This document shows positions 31,400-33,864 of a stretch of 33,864 nt of DNA, piece after piece. Positions within the stretch are counted from its first letter, which is position 1, and each line of letters begins with the position of its first letter. The notes under the pieces were generated by a model. It was not told where the DNA came from, did not search any database, and was given only the letters and a program-made list of their open reading frames with translations. The position numbers and the translations under genes were made by a program. The stretch is taken from assembly GCA_024704765.1 (NCBI GenBank), contig JAKMXF010000301.1, positions 118,968 through 152,831 on the forward strand, written 5' to 3'. The DNA is from Oopsacas minuta. Taxonomy: Eukaryota; Animalia; Porifera.

Positions 31400-32559
31400 G
31401 CCTATATGTAACTGATAAATACCATTATTAAGCATCATGTAATATAGATTCAGAAAAGAATAAATGAAGCTTAACAATCGAATATAGTGGAAATAGACGT
31501 TGTTTTGATGTTTCCATATTGGCTGCCTTGTCATTCAATTAAGATTGATTTTTGTGGCGTTCGCATTCAAAATCGCTACACTTTGTGAGCAAACAACAAA
31601 TGCAGCGTGGGGACTGAGACTGGCTATGCCAAACTATTTTTCGTCGAATTGGTGAGAGCCGTGAGGCTCTATGCCATGGCTTATTTGGCTTATAGGCTAA
31701 TCCGGCCCGGATCCATAGCAAAGATATGCGTAACATAATTATCTTAGAATGAAACATGAGTCAGAAAAAGAACTAAACAAGACAACAAATACAAGGAAAA
31801 GTAATTAATTGGAACTATAAAAACAAACAAAATAATGGGAACTATATGGAAAATGAAGCTATAAACGAATGCATCATGATATTGCCAGTTGACAAGTTAT
31901 ACATAATATTTGAACACATCTAACCACAATGCCTTAGAAATACATAGGGTATTATTAACAACCCATATGCTATGGTAAACTCTATAGACTAAAAAATATT
32001 CGTTTGTACGCGTATACCTGAGACATTAGTGTATACGCGTACACACGAAAATCTCTAACACACTGCAACGTTTATTCATAAAAACAACAATAAATTTATA
32101 TTTGAGATCTTGAAAATATGAAATCAGATTCAGCGTACTCTGTTACCCCATTGTAGCCACTAAGAGCAAGAGTTTACGTATATTTTAGCATTTCAACTAT
32201 TTATTTACTTCATATTAATAAAAACAACAAACAAATTTACATATGATAAATTCAAATGTGTCAAAGTTTATTAAGCACATATCGATATACCTATTTAGTC
32301 AAATATAATCAATCCTGTTTACTTTATTTGTAAACACGATAAATACTTAGTTTTGTGGTATCTGAAAATTGAGAATTTCAAATTCAATGTATACACACAC
32401 AATAATTTAGTTTTATAATATAGATTTGCTATCAAGTTTTATTTCTTATCCGGAGGATAAAATTCGAAGTAATTATCCTGCAATTGCCCCCTCCTCTAAC
32501 CTATAAAACAAATTCCATCATTGAATTGAAATATATGCAAAATGTATGAAAAATAATCA

Positions 32560-32720
32560 CAGTGGAAGCCTCTTAATCGGGACAGCTCGGAGTTAATATT
32601 TTGTCCCGATTAACCGATTAACCAATTATGATTACTTAAGTATTCAAAACTAGTTTTTCATTGTCACATGACCAGATATATCTTATTTCTATGCTACTAA
32701 TCCTGATTCATCTAGGGTCT
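32560..32720 (+). mobile_element. truncated left end of the Tigger-like MITE family seen at 22985
   Basis: CAGTGGAAGCCTCTTAATCGGGACAGCTCGG..TTTGTCCCGATTAACCGAT aligns with 22985-23060. Confidence 0.8.
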
Positions 32721-33388
32721 AGTAGAGATTTGGTTGCAGTATGGGTATAGTTCCGGTTCAAGAGATCATAAAATGCGTTACGCTATATACTTAGAAAGTA
32801 AGAAAATAAATTTAAATTATAAAGCATGTGCTTATTACTGCAACCCATGCAAAAACGTTTGGATATCTAACAGTGTGGCCATTATTGAGGGAATTATACA
32901 CGGTGGAATAGCCAATGGAAACTGAGGCAAGTGAGCAATGTTAATAATCTTAGTATAGTAAATGGTAATCCATAGCATTCTATATACTAAGGCAATGGCA
33001 CTCTATTGAAATTTTGGACCATGGATTGTCATTACCATCGACTTTCAAAGTATAATGTATTATCTATAGTTGTGATTCTACTGCTTCTAGTTAATTATTA
33101 ATCATCAGATTAAATGATTTACCACACCCGGCCTGATTAATTCAATATTAGAAGATTCAAGATCAACATAATAGATTTTAATAAGTCAAACCATATATTT
33201 AACAATACAATACGTATATGTAGTATACAATAAATAACATAATACATTCTCTTAGTAGTAGTAACAGTAGTATATTATACTATCATAAACGTCCAGCTGA
33301 ACATAACAAATCGAATAACAATACAATAGCTTCAGTCTTCTACACAAAATTCTAACAGTAAAATGATCTAAAAATGAACAAAGAAAAA

Positions 33389-33864
33389 TTATTTGTATTT
33401 TTTAAGCTTAGTATTATCCCTATTTAAAACCATAAAATTGTAATTGCGGACTCTCTTCGACAAGATGATATTTGACCATGTAACACACAATTTCTTCAAT
33501 ATATCCCGATTCCAAACGCCACAGGAGCAACAATCATTCCAAACAACAGTATATTTCTCTGAAATGATTATCATAGAAATGAGTACCAACAAACTACGGG
33601 ACTGTGCAGAATAGAATTTCTTGCTGAGGGAATCACAGTTATCTATCATCAGAAAGGCTTTATACAAGATAGTAACAGACTTTACTACACAAGAAGAAGG
33701 ATATTTAAGAGAACCTCGATCTACTAAATTAATCTAAGCATATTGAGAACCAACGTCATTATTAACTTCTAGGAGTCTATCTGTTGTTAAAAGATCGTAA
33801 CAAGATTGACAAGTATTTGACTTTTTTATGTAAGAGAAGACTGCATATCCTGCTATATAGATGA
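33389..33864 (-). pseudogene. C-terminal part of a second THAP9/P-element-like transposase, running off the window
   Basis: IYIAGYAVFSYIKKSNTCQSCYDLL...(stop)INLVDRGSLKYPS... continues into the ORF 33667->33389. It parallels SGYSVYSYFKHSKCESC..GEGSLIW of the 12300-15080 copy. Confidence 0.85.

Larger units (their letters stand above)
30707..31710. mobile_element. hAT MITE, nesting level 2
   Basis: TIRs CAGGGCCCGATTAGC / GCTAATCCGGCCCGG; 8-bp TSD GTCCATAT / ATCCATAG (6/8). Confidence 0.7.
30359..32065. mobile_element. outer hAT-like non-autonomous element (candidate)
   Basis: Left CAGTGTATTAGAAAATTTCG and right CGAAAATCTCTAACACACTG are inverted. Both ends carry GTGTACGCGTA(C/T)AC subterminal motifs. 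No TSD found. Confidence 0.6.

Overview
AT-rich eukaryotic DNA, most likely from an invertebrate animal (inferred from a Myt1-type kinase and the transposon families present). There is one convincing host gene: a Wee1-family, Myt1/PKMYT1-type kinase on the minus strand (20411-21853, apparently single-exon). Most other recognisable sequence is decayed cut-and-paste DNA transposon: two mariners, a hAT-like (hATm-type) transposase, Buster/Charlie hAT pieces, two MULE families, a Mutator-like family, two THAP/P-element copies, and many MITEs, several with checkable TSDs. A 58-bp minisatellite, a ~175-bp repeat and three large inverted repeats are also present. I found no rRNA, tRNA, CRISPR array or retrotransposon. 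The most interesting observations are a MULE transposase fused to a C-terminal RING finger, a Mutator-like transposase with a decayed PHD-like tail, a tail-to-tail inverted MULE pair with a microhomology-bounded deletion, three- to four-level nested hAT MITEs, and a ~915-bp foldback element. A Nextera/Tn5 adapter beside an N marks an assembly artefact at 1165-1333. I cannot support a wholly new biological system from this window; the transposase-domain fusions are the best candidates for undescribed architectures. All alignments and family assignments were made by eye and from memory of motifs, with no database searches.
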